64,000 nt of DNA. It comes from Octopus sinensis (taxonomy: Eukaryota). The DNA is taken from contig NC_042997.1 in the NCBI RefSeq assembly GCF_006345805.1, forward strand, positions 43,400,001 to 43,464,000. The letters run 5' to 3'. Numbering within the stretch: position 1 is the stretch's first letter; the number at the start of each line of letters is the position of its first letter. Positions 38,246-51,267 of the stretch are shown here, piece by piece. Under the pieces are notes generated by a model that saw only the letters and a program-made list of their open reading frames with translations, was not told where the DNA came from and ran no database searches. The position numbers were made by a program, and so were the translations under genes.

Positions 38246-39850
38246 TATGTGATTAGATTGTATCGGTAGATAATTAAATATAATTTATTGTTTTTGTCGA
38301 TCTCATGAAAAATTAGAAGCCATTAATAAATATTTTATGGCGTAATTTGTTGAATAACGATCAATTTTACAGTCATTGAACTGTAAAGCAGAAGTGTTTA
38401 CTCGACCAATGATGAATTGCAAGTGGGTTAAGAAGAGAGCTATGTGAACGAAACATCATTAGTAAATTTCTACGTTGAGTCATTGCTTGTTAAAAAGACT
38501 GATTAAAGATCGATAGAACAAGTATGATTTACACCATAACGTTTCCAGGCTCCACGTTCGTTGTACTCTGAGAGATTAGGGTTGTGGGAGTGATGAAATG
38601 GGAGATAGGGAGGCGAGGGCATCAAGTGGGTTCGGGTGACTGAGAGGGGTGGTGTTTAGGTCGGCTGTGAAAAAGGACATAAGCTTTAATGATGATCCAA
38701 AGTAAGCGGTTTAATTAACACCAACTAAATACCTCACCACGACCAGTGAGCTATTAATTAAGTTGGTGGTACGAACCAAAACTGATTCTAATTTGAAGCC
38801 ATTTCAGTTCATTTATATCACCCCCACCCCCGATAAAAACATGATTGTCACACAATTTCATCTGCCACCCTTTAATTGAGCTTCTATTCTACAGCAACGA
38901 ATAAACCTAAACAAGATAAAATAAGCAGAACAACCGCGCATTTTCTACTTTTCATCTTTTCTTTCATTTCTCTTTCTTCTCTCCCACCTTTTATACTTTC
39001 AACCTCTTCTCGCGATTTTTTCTCTTCATCCTTCCTTTTCTTATTTTCTCATCTTCGTCTCTCTCTATCTCTCTGCACACTCAACACCTTTTCCTCGTCA
39101 CTTATTCTCCTCCCATATCATCGTTCCCATGTAATACACAGGTATTCCCCCCACCTTCATCGATTCTAGTCCACTTGTCGATATATTTAATTTCATTTAA
39201 AACCTCTATCTTTAAAAAAAAAAATCCTTTTCCAAACGAACTGAAAAAAAAAAAAATACATATCGTATCCGTAATTTAAACATAATCCTTATAATATCAC
39301 ATAACAGAACAAAAACTAAACGGCATTTATATTATAGAATCGGAGCTCGGAATTAGGTTTCAATACATATCTTAAACATTAATTTATATCTGATGAATTT
39401 CACCCTTGTTATTAATGATTCATAGTTTAAAGATACTGCTCATCATCATCATATAAAAACTAAACCAAGAAACTATTATTGATAAATAGGATAATTGGTT
39501 CATAGAATCAATTACAAGGCCGTATTTTATTACAGCAGTCGTGAAAAGGTGCTAAATTCTTTCTTTTCCGGGGAATAATCAACTCAACTGCAGCAAGTGT
39601 TCCAGTGAGTGAAAAACTGTGCACGAAAGAACATCTGACCTGTATTTTGCAGATTGTATATTTGATAGACATGTAATACCTGTATTTTTCAGATAGTTTA
39701 TTTGATAAACGGACATGTATTACACGGATGACAATTAAAGATGACGGGAGAAGCAGAAAACGATAATCAGAATCAATATCTCTATCAGACCGATAACTCG
39801 CTGAGCTGGCCTTGTGTATGGAACATTTAGCAGCAAATTGTAATTTTAAA

Positions 39851-39907
<57 letters not shown>

Positions 39908-40621
39908 CTCTCTCTCTCCCCCCCTCTCTCTCTCCCCCCCTCTCTCTCTCCCCCCCTCTCTCTCTCTCTCTTAGTTTCTATCTCAGTCAAACTGAGTAGC
40001 ACCTTGGGCAAATGTCTTCTGCTATAGTCCCGAGTCGACTAGAGCCTTGTGTGTAGATTTGAGAGACTGAATCTGGAGATAGCCCATCGTTCGCGTACGA
40101 GTTTGGAGCTTCCTTCTCAACCGCATGGCTCTGGGTTCCGTCTCACTGTGTGGCACCTCGGGTTAGTATCTTCTACTATAGCCCCTGGGCAACCAAAGCC
40201 TTGTGAGCAGATTTGAGAGACGGAAACTGAAAGAAGCCAGTCATGCGTCCCTTTTTACTATAGGCACTATGCCTGAGATTGGTGGGGGGGCTGCTTTTGA
40301 TTATATCGACCCAAGTATTTTACTGGTACTTATTTTATCGATGCAAAAAGGATGAAATGCGAAGTTGACAACAACAAAATTTGAACTCAGAATGTAAAGT
40401 CAGATGAAATGCCACTAAGCATTTTTTTCCAGTGTGTTTATTTTAATGCAGGCAGTGGTAAGCAGTGTGTACCAAAAAGGAAAACTGTGCCCCTCGTTAA
40501 ATTTGACGGAGGGTGTTAGAAACACCTGCTTTGCTAGAAATAAGACCCGAATGCTCTAATGCTGCAGCAGTCCAATGGCTGGAACAAGGAAGGGATAAGA
40601 GCTATGTCTGTGTGTGTATAT

Positions 40622-40855
40622 CTGTTTCTTTATTGCCCACAAGGGGCTAAACATAGAGGGGACAAACAAGGACAGACAAACGGATTAAGTCGATTACATC
40701 GACCCCGGTGCGTAACTGGTGCATAATTTATCGACCCCGAAAGGATGAAAGGCAAAGTCGACCTCGGCGGAATTTGAACTCAGAACGCAACGACAGACGC
40801 AATACCGCTAAGCATTTCGCCCGGCGTGCTAACGCTTCTGCCAGCTCACCGCCTT
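40622..40855 (-). mobile_element. SINE family C, full length
   Basis: Homology to 22552-22786. Confidence 0.85.
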
Positions 40856-42164
40856 GTGTGTATATCATTGTTTTGGCATCGTATGAGAGTTGTTAAACTA
40901 GCATCACCATCATTCAAGCAATGTCATTCGTTTCCAATCTTCTGTGAAAACATGGTCCACCACGGAGAAATATTCCCTTGCTTGAAACCAGGTGAGGTCT
41001 GGCAGAAGGCAGTTGCATCCAGTCGAAGAAAATACGCCGCAGTGAATATAGTCCGACTCATGCAAGCATAAAAAAGTAGACTTTAAGTTGATTATGTATA
41101 TGTGGCTGGGTGCAGGAGTGGCTGTGTGGTAAGAAGTTTGGTTCCCAATCACATGGTTCTGGGTTCAGTCCCACTGTGTGCCAGCTTGGGTAAGTAGCCT
41201 TGGTTGATCAAAGCCTTGTGAGTGGATTTGGTAAATGGAAACTGAAAGAAGCCCATTGTATGTGTGTGTGTCTGTGTTTGTCCTCACTACCTCTTGACAA
41301 ATGGTACTGGTGTGTTTATGTCCCCGTAATTTACCAGTTTGGCAAAAAAAAAAAGACCAATAGAATAAGTATCATACTTAAAAAAAAAAAGTTCTGGTGT
41401 TGATTCAAAGCAGAGTCACAGCATAGCTGTGGTCTAAGGGTGGAAGCAAGTAAAAGATAAAGATAATCTATCATCATCATCATCATATATATATCACTAT
41501 CATCATAGTGATATATATATCACTATCATCATCATGATTTTAGCATCCATTTTCCCATGCTCTCATCAACTGGACACAGAATTTATTCAGTCATATTTCC
41601 TGTGGCTGGATACCCTTCCTGTTGACAACTTTCACCTGCTTCCAAGCAAGGTAATATTTCCTTATTTCTTTATTGCCCACAATAAATAGCAGCAGACGAA
41701 ATATCGCTAAGTATTTCGCCCAGCATGCTAACGTTTCTGCCAGCTTTCCGCTTTCATATTTCCTCATAGCAAGACATGTTTTTGCAGAATACTGGAAATG
41801 AATGACACTTGTATGACAGTGATAACCATTTCAAAGCTATAACATAGTGCCAAGACAAGGGGTCACAAACACACATATGTCACATACTCACACAGACATA
41901 CATAGTTACCTTCTTAAGTCATGCTGACTCATAAGGGCCAGCTTTCTGGTCTCCATGGCTTATAAATTCCCCACCTGGATGGGACACTGGTCTGTTGCAG
42001 GATTAATTCATTTTTGCCAGCTGAGTGGACTGGAGCAATGTAAAATGAAGTGTTTTGCTCAATAACACAACGCATCACCTGGTCCAGGGATTGAAACCAC
42101 AGTCTTACGATCACGAGTCCAACACCCTAACAACTAAGCCATGTGCCTCCACACAGATATACAT

Positions 42165-42198
<34 letters not shown>

Positions 42199-42465
42199 AT
42201 ATGATGGTCTTTAGCTTCTGTCTTCCAAATCTACTGACAAGGCTCTGGTCAGCCCAAGACTATGGTAGAAGGTACCTACCCAAGGTGGCATGCAGTGGAA
42301 CTGAACCAGAACCATGTGGTTGGTTCTTACCATTCTGCCATACCAGCAACTGCCAAGCTACTCTTATGTGTGTGTGTGCATGTGTGTATTGTTAGTAAAA
42401 CATAAATCTGATAAAGAAGCACACTCTAAGTTATCGAGCTGTATATCATCTCAATGAAGTTAGAT

Positions 42466-43002
42466 AAGGCTGGTTTATGGGATTACCCTGGGTTTCATGT
42501 CCAGAAAGTGCTTAGCTTTACAGTGTGTCATCAGATCCGAAAATCTGTTGGCTTAAGGCCTCACTTGTGAGTGGCTTCTCTAGAATATGGAGGAAGGCCT
42601 CACAACACTTAGTCTTGTTTATGTAGATTCTTGGACTTTCTAGGATTCTCCATGCTATTGTGTATGGAATCCCACTGATCTCAGCTGCCATACACGGCTG
42701 GCTAGTGATGTAGTGATAAACAATGCATTGCAGAATGGGCAAGGATTCTAAAGGACACCCTCAGTCTTTTAAGAATTTTAGGAAATTCCTGCTGGCCTAT
42801 TGGAACCCACAAGATAACAGAGTCACTTGCAATCAATAGCCGAAGGGACACAGTCTCCTGTTGTTGGCATTGAGTAGCGAGGCCCTTTCCTCCTTCGTAT
42901 TCTAGAGTGGCCTTAAACCAACAGGTTTAGAGATCTGATGATATGCCATAAAGCTAAGTGCTCTATGGATGTGAAACACAGGGTTATCCCTTAAACTGGC
43001 CT
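42466..43002. mobile_element. Old foldback/MITE with ~95-bp degenerate terminal inverted repeats
   Basis: 42466-42560 versus 42909-43002, with additional inner inverted homology (42579-42612 versus 42870-42906). Confidence 0.65.
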
Positions 43003-43004
43003 TG

Positions 43005-43490
43005 CTGTGTGGCTGTGTGGTAAGTACCTTGCTTACCAACCACATGGTTCTGGGTTCAGTCCCACTGCATGGCACCTTGGGCTGACCAAAGCTTTGTGAG
43101 TGGATTTGGTAGATGGAAACTGAAAGAAGCCTGTCATGTGTCTGTGTTTGTCTCCCCATCATCGCTTGACAACCGATGTTGGTATGCCTACTTCCCCGTA
43201 ACTTAGCGGTTCAGCAAAAGAGACCGATAGAATAAGTCCTAGGCTTACAAAGAATAAGTCCTGCGGTCGATTTGTTTGAATAAAGGTGGTGTTCCAGCAT
43301 GGTCGCAGTCAAATGACTGAAACAAATAAAAGTATATATATAAGGAATGGTTGTGTGGTAAGAAGCTTGCTTCCCAACCTAATGGTTTTGGGTTCAATCC
43401 CACTGCGTGGCACCGTGGGCAAATGTCTTCTACTATAGCCTCGGGCCAACCAAAGCCTTGTGAGTGGAAACTGAAAGAAGCCCATCGTAT
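43005..43490 (+). mobile_element. SINE family A copy plus an adjacent head fragment
   Basis: Homology to 908-1320 with deletions. Confidence 0.8.
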
Positions 43491-43746
43491 ATATATATAT
43501 ATATGTATATATATACGTTTATATATTCATTTTGCAAGATTCTTGATGTGAAATCGTGTGTTGAAACAGATATTGTTGTATTTGGGGATGGTCACTTTGC
43601 CAGTTTAGCCAATAAAAACACACACATATTTCTATCTATTTATTCTATAGTTATTATTTACGTCATGTTTTCACGTGAGGTTCTAAGTTTAGTGTTTAAA
43701 ATTTCAGTTGACTGAAGCAAATAAAAGAATAAAGGAATATATATAT

Positions 43747-44143
43747 TTATATATAAAAGTCAAGTTGTGTGTCTGTCTCCTACGATTTAGATTCCTAACT
43801 ACGCCCACATTTTGCGGTGCAGTTTAACCAAAACTGGGTATCTTATAGTCGTGATTCATATCGAGTCCTTCTGGGTATTAGTGCGCGTCTACGATGAGTC
43901 TACGATTTAAAAAAAAATTTACCATAATTTTTTTTCCATTTTTAATGCATTTTTTTCGCTATTATATAAGGGAAGTAAGTCTCTAAAAATGTCTACGATG
44001 AGTCAACGATTTAAAAAAAAATTTACCATAATTTTTTTTCCATTTTTAATGCATTTTTTTGCTATTTTTGGCTATAACTCTCTAAAAATGCTTATATAGT
44101 TATTTCCCTTACAAACCCGAGCAACGCCGGGTGATACTGCTAG
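43747..44143 (+). mobile_element. Non-autonomous Helitron, copy 1
   Basis: Starts T(T)TATATATAAAAG and ends CCCGAGCAACGCCGGG-TGATACTG-CTAG|T. Contains an internal ~70-bp duplication. Confidence 0.85.
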
Positions 44144-44154
44144 TATATATATAT

Positions 44155-44218
<64 letters not shown>

Positions 44219-44448
44219 CGTTTATATATTCATTTTGCAAGATTATTGATGTGAAATCGTGTGTTGAAAGAGATATTGTTGTATTTGGGGATGGTCACGT
44301 TGCCAGTTTAGCCAATAAAAACACACACATATTTCTATCTATTTATTCTATAGTTATTATTTACGTCATGTTTTCACGTGAGGTTCTAAGTTTAGTGTTT
44401 AAAATTTCAGTTGACTGAAGCCAATAAAAGAATAAAGGAATATATATA

Positions 44449-44843
44449 TTATATATAAAAGTCAAGTTGTGTGTCTGTCTCCTACGATTTAGATTCCTAA
44501 CTACGCCCACATTTTGCGGTGCAGTTAACCAAAACTGGGTATCTTATAGTCGTGATTCATATCGAGTCCTTCTGGGTATTAGTGCGCGTCTACGATGAGT
44601 CTACGATTTAAAAAAAAATTTACCATAATTTTTTTTCCATTTTTAATGCATTTTTTTCGCTATTATATAAGGGAAGTAAGTCTCTAAAAATGTCTACGAT
44701 GAGTCAACGATTTAAAAAAAAATTTACCATAATTTTTTTTCCATTTTTAATGCATTTTTTTGCTATTTTTGGCTATAACTCTCTAAAAATGCTTATATAG
44801 TTATTTCCCTTACAAACCCGAGCAACGCCGGGTGATACTGCTA

Positions 44844-44844
<1 letters not shown>
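44449..44844 (+). mobile_element. Non-autonomous Helitron, copy 2 (part of a 703-bp tandem duplication)
   Basis: Nearly identical to 43747-44143. Confidence 0.85.
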
Positions 44845-44884
<40 letters not shown>

Positions 44885-45304
44885 TCTTACCAGCTAAGCA
44901 GAATATGCATTACTGAAGAATTGTCTTAAGATCTAAGCATGCCTAGTACTTTCACTAGTTGGCATTAAGGATTAGATTCACTTCAGTCTGCCTTATCATT
45001 GTTGACCAACAATTTCAGTCGTCTGACCCTATTAGAGTTATCTCCCTTGCTCTTCTTTTTTTTGGGTTTTAACATACCTGAGAAAAAGTTTTATTTATAA
45101 TTGCTTGGCTGATTAGATGTCTCAGTTGATAGAAGTTTTTCTAGTTACTATTTTACATATATGTGTGAATGTGAGTGTGTGTGCACATTGTGTGTTGTGT
45201 GTGTGTGTGTGGTGCATGTGTAGAAAGGGAAGCCTCCACTTCAAATAGCTTAATAAATTCTGTTTTATATGTTAAGTACCTTTTCTTCACATTTGTAAAT
45301 TCAA

Positions 45305-45508
45305 GTGTGTATGTATGTATGTATGTATGTATGTATGTATGTATGTATGTATGTATGTATGCATTTATGTATGTATGTATGTATGTATTTATGTATGTAT
45401 GAATGTATTTATGTATGTATGTATGTTGTTATGTATGTATGTATGTATATATGTATGTATGTATATGTTTATGTATGTATATCTGTCTATGTCTATATGT
45501 GTGTATGT
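45305..45508. repeat. (TATG)n microsatellite
   Basis: Directly visible. Confidence 0.95.
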
Positions 45509-47420
45509 CCCTTTAGATTTTAGTTGATGTATCATACACAGTTACACACACACTTTTCTGTCTGTCTTTCTCTCTCTCTCTTGGTTTAATCCTCTTCATA
45601 TCAAAATTTACATAAATATCTATAATATTCATATATACAAATATGGTTGTGTGGTTTAAGAAGCTTTCTTTCCGACCATATAGTTTCAGGTTCAGTCCTA
45701 CTGCATGCAACTTGAGCAATTGTCTTCTTTCTATAGCCCCAGGCTGACCAAAACCTTGTGAGTAGATTGCTAGGCAGAAAACTTAAAGAAACTCATCATG
45801 TGTGTGTGTGTGCATGTGTGTGTGCATGTATGTGTGTGTGTTTGTGCTCATGTGTGCCTGTCTCTATGCTTTGACTTCACATGATGGTTGCCAGTGTCAC
45901 CATCCTATAAGTGATGCTGTTCATTTCCAGTTTTCCATGAAACATGTGTCAGCCATGGGATAATATTGATTTCAAATTTTGGCACAAGGCAGGTGACGGG
46001 GTAGGGGGAATCGATTGTATTGATTCCAGTGTTTATCAATTTTATCAATTGCGAAAGGATGAACAGTAAACTCGATCGTGGCCAGGATTTGAACTCAGAA
46101 CTTGAAGACAGACGAAATGCTGCTAAGCTTTTTGGTTCCCAGTGTGCTAACAATTCTACCAGCTGGTCACCTTAGTTATGAGGAAATACTACCATGCTTG
46201 GAAACAGGTGAGGATTGGTAATAGAAAGGACAGCTGGTCATCTGGTCATAGAAAATTTACCTCAATAAATTCTGTCTGACCCATGCAAGCATGGAAAAGT
46301 AGACAGCACAATGATAATGATTCACCACAGCTTACTTTGAGTCATTGCCTTGGTTATATTCAAGCTCATTCATTCAACACTGCACCTTTTCTTTGCTTGC
46401 TATATATCTAGATGTTGCTTTTATTATTATAATTTTTCTTGTTCTTTATCTAATTGTTTGGTCGTCAGGTGTCCACTCAGGAGTAGTGACACCATTTCTT
46501 GTTATCTTCTAGCAATTACATCATTTATGACTGACTCACTGGTACCTGAGATTGAAACTCACCTCTGTAGCTCTATCACTACCTTTCAGTATGATTTAAT
46601 ACCAAAAAGTAAATGAATATTTATCTACAAAATCTGTCTGAAGTTATTCAACCATGACACAGTTTCAACTGTAACTTAATGTCAGCTTTGTTTACTGTTC
46701 ATAACCTTAAGTACAGCAGTTTCAATATTTAGGTAACTCTAGAATAAAGAGCTTTGCACCTGGCAACAGGTGTGATCAGGTAGCAGTGTGGAACAAAGAA
46801 AAGAAAAGGACTAAGAAAGAATGATTTTTTTGTCCAGTTACCAAGTTGTAAAAAAGAAAAAAAAAAATGAGGGCAGGGAGTGTCCATTGTAGGTAGAAAT
46901 AGTAAACATTTTGTGTTGCTTGGTCTACTAAGTTATACTATAAACAAATAATAATAATTATAAATATTTCATCAAGTTATTTTTATTATTATTATTATTA
47001 TTATTAATGATAAGAAGAAGACAACGTAGATGAAAAAAACATTGTTAATTTGAAAATACGTAAATCTCTTAAAAACTCTTTCAAAATTGAAATATTACGA
47101 ATATAGCAGAGTCTTAGTTCTCAAAAACTGGTCCCCTTAATCCTTTCCCTATAATATATCAGGGCTGATCATAAATAATACCTATATTAAAACATCCAAC
47201 TTGCTGTTACTTGAAGTTTCTAAATGAGATTTCGGACAGCTCATATAAGACAAAGCAACAACACCGTAAATAATAATGATAATAACTATAGTAGTAGTAG
47301 TATAGTAGTAGTAGTAACAACAATAATAATAAAATAATGATAACAACAGTGTTGTTTGTTTTATTCATTTTGCATACTTATATCACTGAACTATCTTCTA
47401 TTTTTTATTTTTCTGTCTAG

Positions 47421-47555
47421 CAATGGCAAGAGGTGGATTTCATGTGGAATTCGGAATTAATGAAACACTTCTTACTCAATATCTTGAAAAGAATGACTAC
47501 ATTTCAGCTGAAAGACTTATCAGGGAAACTGCAAACCCATCTTACTTGGATGAAG
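47421..47555 (+). CDS. Ankyrin-repeat protein, first coding exon (ATG at 47423; MARGGFHVEFGINETLLTQYLEKNDYISAERLIRETANPSYLDE)
   Basis: Polypyrimidine tract and TAG acceptor at 47418-47420, open frame from the ATG, donor GAAG|GTAGG. Ends in phase 1, compatible with the next exon. The acceptor implies an upstream 5' exon. Confidence 0.85.
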
Positions 47556-48492
47556 GTAGGAAAGATTAATTAGTTAAAAAAATAAAAGAATAAAAAGGTA
47601 ATAACAACACCAACAACTAAAATCGAGTCCATAAACATAAATATTTCCTATTGAAGAAATAGTTTATAGTTTTAAAATGTTGAAGGTTATGTTTATAAGT
47701 ATATATTTAGAACAGATATTATGATCTATACAATAGAAGTATAATTTTTTTGTACGTAGCTTTAAAAAGCATGACATATATTTAAAGAATGTTGTATTAA
47801 ATATCCTTGGACTATGAACATCTAGAGACAGAAACAGACACATGTATGTACTGTATGTATATATATATATATATATATGTTAGTATTTCACTTAGGCAAA
47901 GTGATATTAATAGCCTGGTGTTGGCACTCAATGTAGATATGCCTCAGAAAAAGACTCAGTTGAGTACAGAGCAATAATAAGAAGCAAAATAAATGAAAAT
48001 AATATATTTAAGTATATATATAATATATATATATTTATATATACATACATACATACATTCTCATGTATGTATGCATGCATGTCTATATGCATATATATAT
48101 TTGTGTGTGTGTGTGTGTGTGTCATCATCATCATCATCATCATCATCATTTAACGTCCGCTTTCCATGCTAGCATGGGTTGGACGGTTCAACTGGGGTCT
48201 GGGGAGCCCGAAAGCTGCAGTGTATATATAAATCTATATACAGGCACAGGCATGGCTGCTTTGAAACCATATAGTTCTGGGTTCAGTCTCACTGTGTGGC
48301 ACCTTGGCCAAATGTCTTGGGTTGACCAAAGCCTTTTGATTGGATTTGGTAGATGGAAACTGAAAGAAGCCTGTCATATATATATCTCAAGCTAAGTAGA
48401 AGTGGGTGGATGGGTGGTTTGCAAGATTGTATGTAAGAGAGAATGATGGGTGGGGAGCAGACTGCATATGCTGTACGCAATGTCAAACGAAG

Positions 48493-48527
<35 letters not shown>

Positions 48528-48627
48528 ATATATATATATAGTTCTGTATTTAAGAGATGAGGAATTATGTGCTTTATTTACATTATTTACATTCAGCGGA
48601 TATTTGTCCTCATCTTGTTTGTTGTTT

Positions 48628-48670
48628 ACACAACGTTTCGGCTGATATACCCTCCAACTTCTTCAGGTGT
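48628..48670 (-). ncRNA. Minimal hammerhead motif within a Penelope-like fragment (48541-48685)
   Basis: Minus strand ACAC-CUGAAGA-AGUUG(GAGGGUAUAU)CAGCC-GAAA-CG-UU-GUGU. Core intact; stem I is ACAC/GUGU. Confidence 0.65.
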
Positions 48671-48861
48671 CTTGGGGAAATTTCATCTGTCGTTACGTTC
48701 TGAGTTCAAATTCCACCGAGGTCGACTTTACCTTTCATCCTTTCGGGGTCGATAAACAAAGTACCAGTTTCGCACTGGGATCAATATAATCGACTTAATC
48801 CCTTTGTCTGTCCTTGTTTGTCCCCTCTGTGTTTAGCTTCTTGTGGGTAGTAAAGAAATAT

Positions 48862-48901
<40 letters not shown>

Positions 48902-48903
<2 letters not shown>

Positions 48904-49270
48904 CGCAGGAGTGGCTGTGTGGTAAGCAGCTTGCTAACCAATCACATGGTTCCGGGTTCAGTCCCACTGCGTGGCATCTTGGGCAATTGTCTTCTGCTAT
49001 AGCCCCGGGCCGACCAATGCCTTGTGAGTGGATTTGGTAGACGGAAACTGAAAGAAGCCTGTCGTATATATGTATTTATATATATATGTGTGTGTGTGTT
49101 TGTCCCCCTAGCATTGCTTGACAACCGATGCTGGTGTGTTTACGTCCCCGTCACTTAGCGGTTTGGCAAAAGAGACCGATAGAATAAGTACTGGGCTTAC
49201 AAAAAGAATAAGTCCCAGGGTCGATTTGCTCAACTAAAGGCGGTGCTCCAGCATGGCCACAGTCAAATGA
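48902..49270 (+). mobile_element. SINE family A, just upstream of coding exon 2
   Basis: Homology to 908-1320. Confidence 0.9.
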
Positions 49271-49342
49271 GTATATATGCGGATATATATATGGATATTG
49301 TTTTAAAAGTGTGTCTTTATGTTAATTCCTCTTTCATTGCAG

Positions 49343-49479
49343 GTTGTTACCAAAGGACACCTTTGTATATAGTCCTCTGTGGTCTTGATGAAGAAGAATT
49401 GAATGTCAAACCACGTAATCTATTCCTGGCGAAATTGTGCATCGAACGAGGAGCAAATGTTAATCACAGAGTTCCTAAG
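49343..49479 (+). CDS. Ankyrin-repeat protein, coding exon 2 (GCYQRTPLYIVLCGLDEEELNVKPRNLFLAKLCIERGANVNHRVPK)
   Basis: Acceptor ctttcattgcag, donor AAG|GTAAAA, phase 1 to 0. TPLY...LCIERGANVN is an ankyrin-repeat signature. Confidence 0.9.
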
Positions 49480-49521
49480 GTAAAACAAACAAATATACAA
49501 ACAAATCTAAAAATTTACTTC

Positions 49522-50000
49522 ATTCATCATCATCATCATCATCATCATCGTTTAACGTCCGCTTTCCATGCTGGCATGGGTTGGACGGTTCGACCGGGGA
49601 TCTGGGAAGCCAGAAGGCTTCATCAGGCCCAGTCAGATCTGGCAATGTTTCTACAGCTGGATGCCCTTCCTAACGCCAACCACTCCGTGAGTGTAGTAGG
49701 TGCTTTTTACGTGCCACCGACACAGGTGCCAGACGAGGCTGGCGAACGGCCACGCTCAGATGGTGTTTTTTACGTGCCACCGACACAGGTGCCAGACGAG
49801 GCTGGCGAACGGCCACGCTCGGATGGTGTTTTTTACGTGCCACCGGCACGGAGGCCAGGCAGGGTTGGCACGGCCACGATCGGATTGTGTTTGTTCCATA
49901 CCACCAGCACGGAGGCCAGTCGATGCGGTGCTGGCTACGGCCATGTTCAGATGGTTCTCTTATGTGCCACCGGCACTGGTACCACAAACTACAAATTCCA
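49522..50000 (-). mobile_element. Family D RTE-tailed element in the intron after coding exon 2
   Basis: Reverse-complement homology to 5690-6156. Explains the spurious extension of ORF 49243-50004. Confidence 0.82.
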
Positions 50001-50307
50001 TTGATGTGGATTGATTTCGATTTGATTTGATTCTGTGATTTTGATTTTGATTCATTATTACTAATGATTTATGTTAGACACAATTTTTATTATTACTGTT
50101 ATTATTTAAGGTGCAGAATCGTTAGCACACCGAGCAAAATACTTAGTGGCATTTCATCTGTTTTTACGTTCTGAGTTCCAATTCCACTGAAGTCAACTTT
50201 GCAGTTCTTCCTTTCAGGGTCGATACATTAAGTACCAGTGAAACACTGGGGTCATTGAAATCGACTAGTCCCCCTCCCCCAAAATTTAGTAAAAAGGATT
50301 ATTATTG

Positions 50308-50848
50308 TTATTTACATTTGACAGATATTTGTCCTCATCTTGTTTGTGGTTAACACAATGTTTCGGCTGATATACTCTCCAGCCTTCATCGGGTGTCTTA
50401 GGGAAATTTTGAACCTGGGTTCTCATTCCTAACGTATTTTTCAATGTTATTATTAATTATTATTATTATTCAGAATTGAACTCAGAATCTGGGGGTTAGT
50501 AGCCTGTTCTCTTAACCACTACACCATATGCCTGTGGGTAATTATGAAGTGAATTTTAGGGCTTATAAATTTAATATTTTCCTATCCTTCCTTAATACTA
50601 GTTTCCCATATGCTATTCATATCTGCACCTTCCCCTGTGGGATGGAGTTAAAATAGTAGACAGAGAACACCACTGGAAAATACGAAAACTAAAAGAAGCA
50701 GCACATATGCTAGGACACAACAACCTCCTAAGCAGACTGGAGGGTGTATCAGCTGAAATGTTGTGTCAACAACAAACAAGATGAGGACAAATATCCGTCA
50801 AATGTAAATAATGTACATAATTCTTCATCTCTTAAATATAGAACTGTA
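50308..50848. mobile_element. Penelope-like element remnant: inverted pLTR copies, GIY-YIG endonuclease C-terminal fragment and hammerhead motif
   Basis: 50308-50381 and 50737-50811 are inverted copies. 50626-50736 (+) translates to HLPLWDGVKIVDREHHWKIRKLKEAAHMLGHNNLLSR, matching the PLE GIY-YIG tail pattern. Hammerhead with a CCGAUGA core at 50353-50396 (-). Confidence 0.75.
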
Positions 50849-51267
50849 TTATTGTCATTATTATTATTTAGGCAGAGAAAAGTGGTGAGCTGGCAGAATT
50901 GTTAGCATGCCAGGTGAAATATTTAGCAGCATTTTGTTTGTCCATACATTCTGAGTTCAAATTCTGCTGAGGTCAACTTTCCCTTTCATCCTTTCGGGGT
51001 CAATGAAATAAGAACTAGTTATGCACTGGGGTTGATGTAATCAACTAGCCCCATCCCCAACAATTTCAAGCCTTGTGCCTACACTAGAAAGGATTATTTA
51101 GGTGGAGGTCTGGCAGAATCGTTAACGTGTCAGATGAAATGTTTAGCAAACATTTTTCCTTCTCATTACGTTCTGAGTTCAAATTCTGTCAAGGTCAGCT
51201 TTGCCTTTCATCCTTTCGGGGTTGATAAAATAAGTACCAATCAAGTATTGGAGTTGATGTAATCAAC

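Larger units (their letters stand above)
43515..44880 (+). repeat. ~703-bp tandem duplication delimited by (TA)n
   Basis: Units begin at 43515 and 44218, with a handful of substitutions and indels. Confidence 0.92.

Noticed and set aside
49243-50004. 253-aa ORF as a single-exon gene with a poly-His tract
   Set aside because: Only 49343-49479 is exon. The rest is read-through into (CAT)n and a family D repeat.
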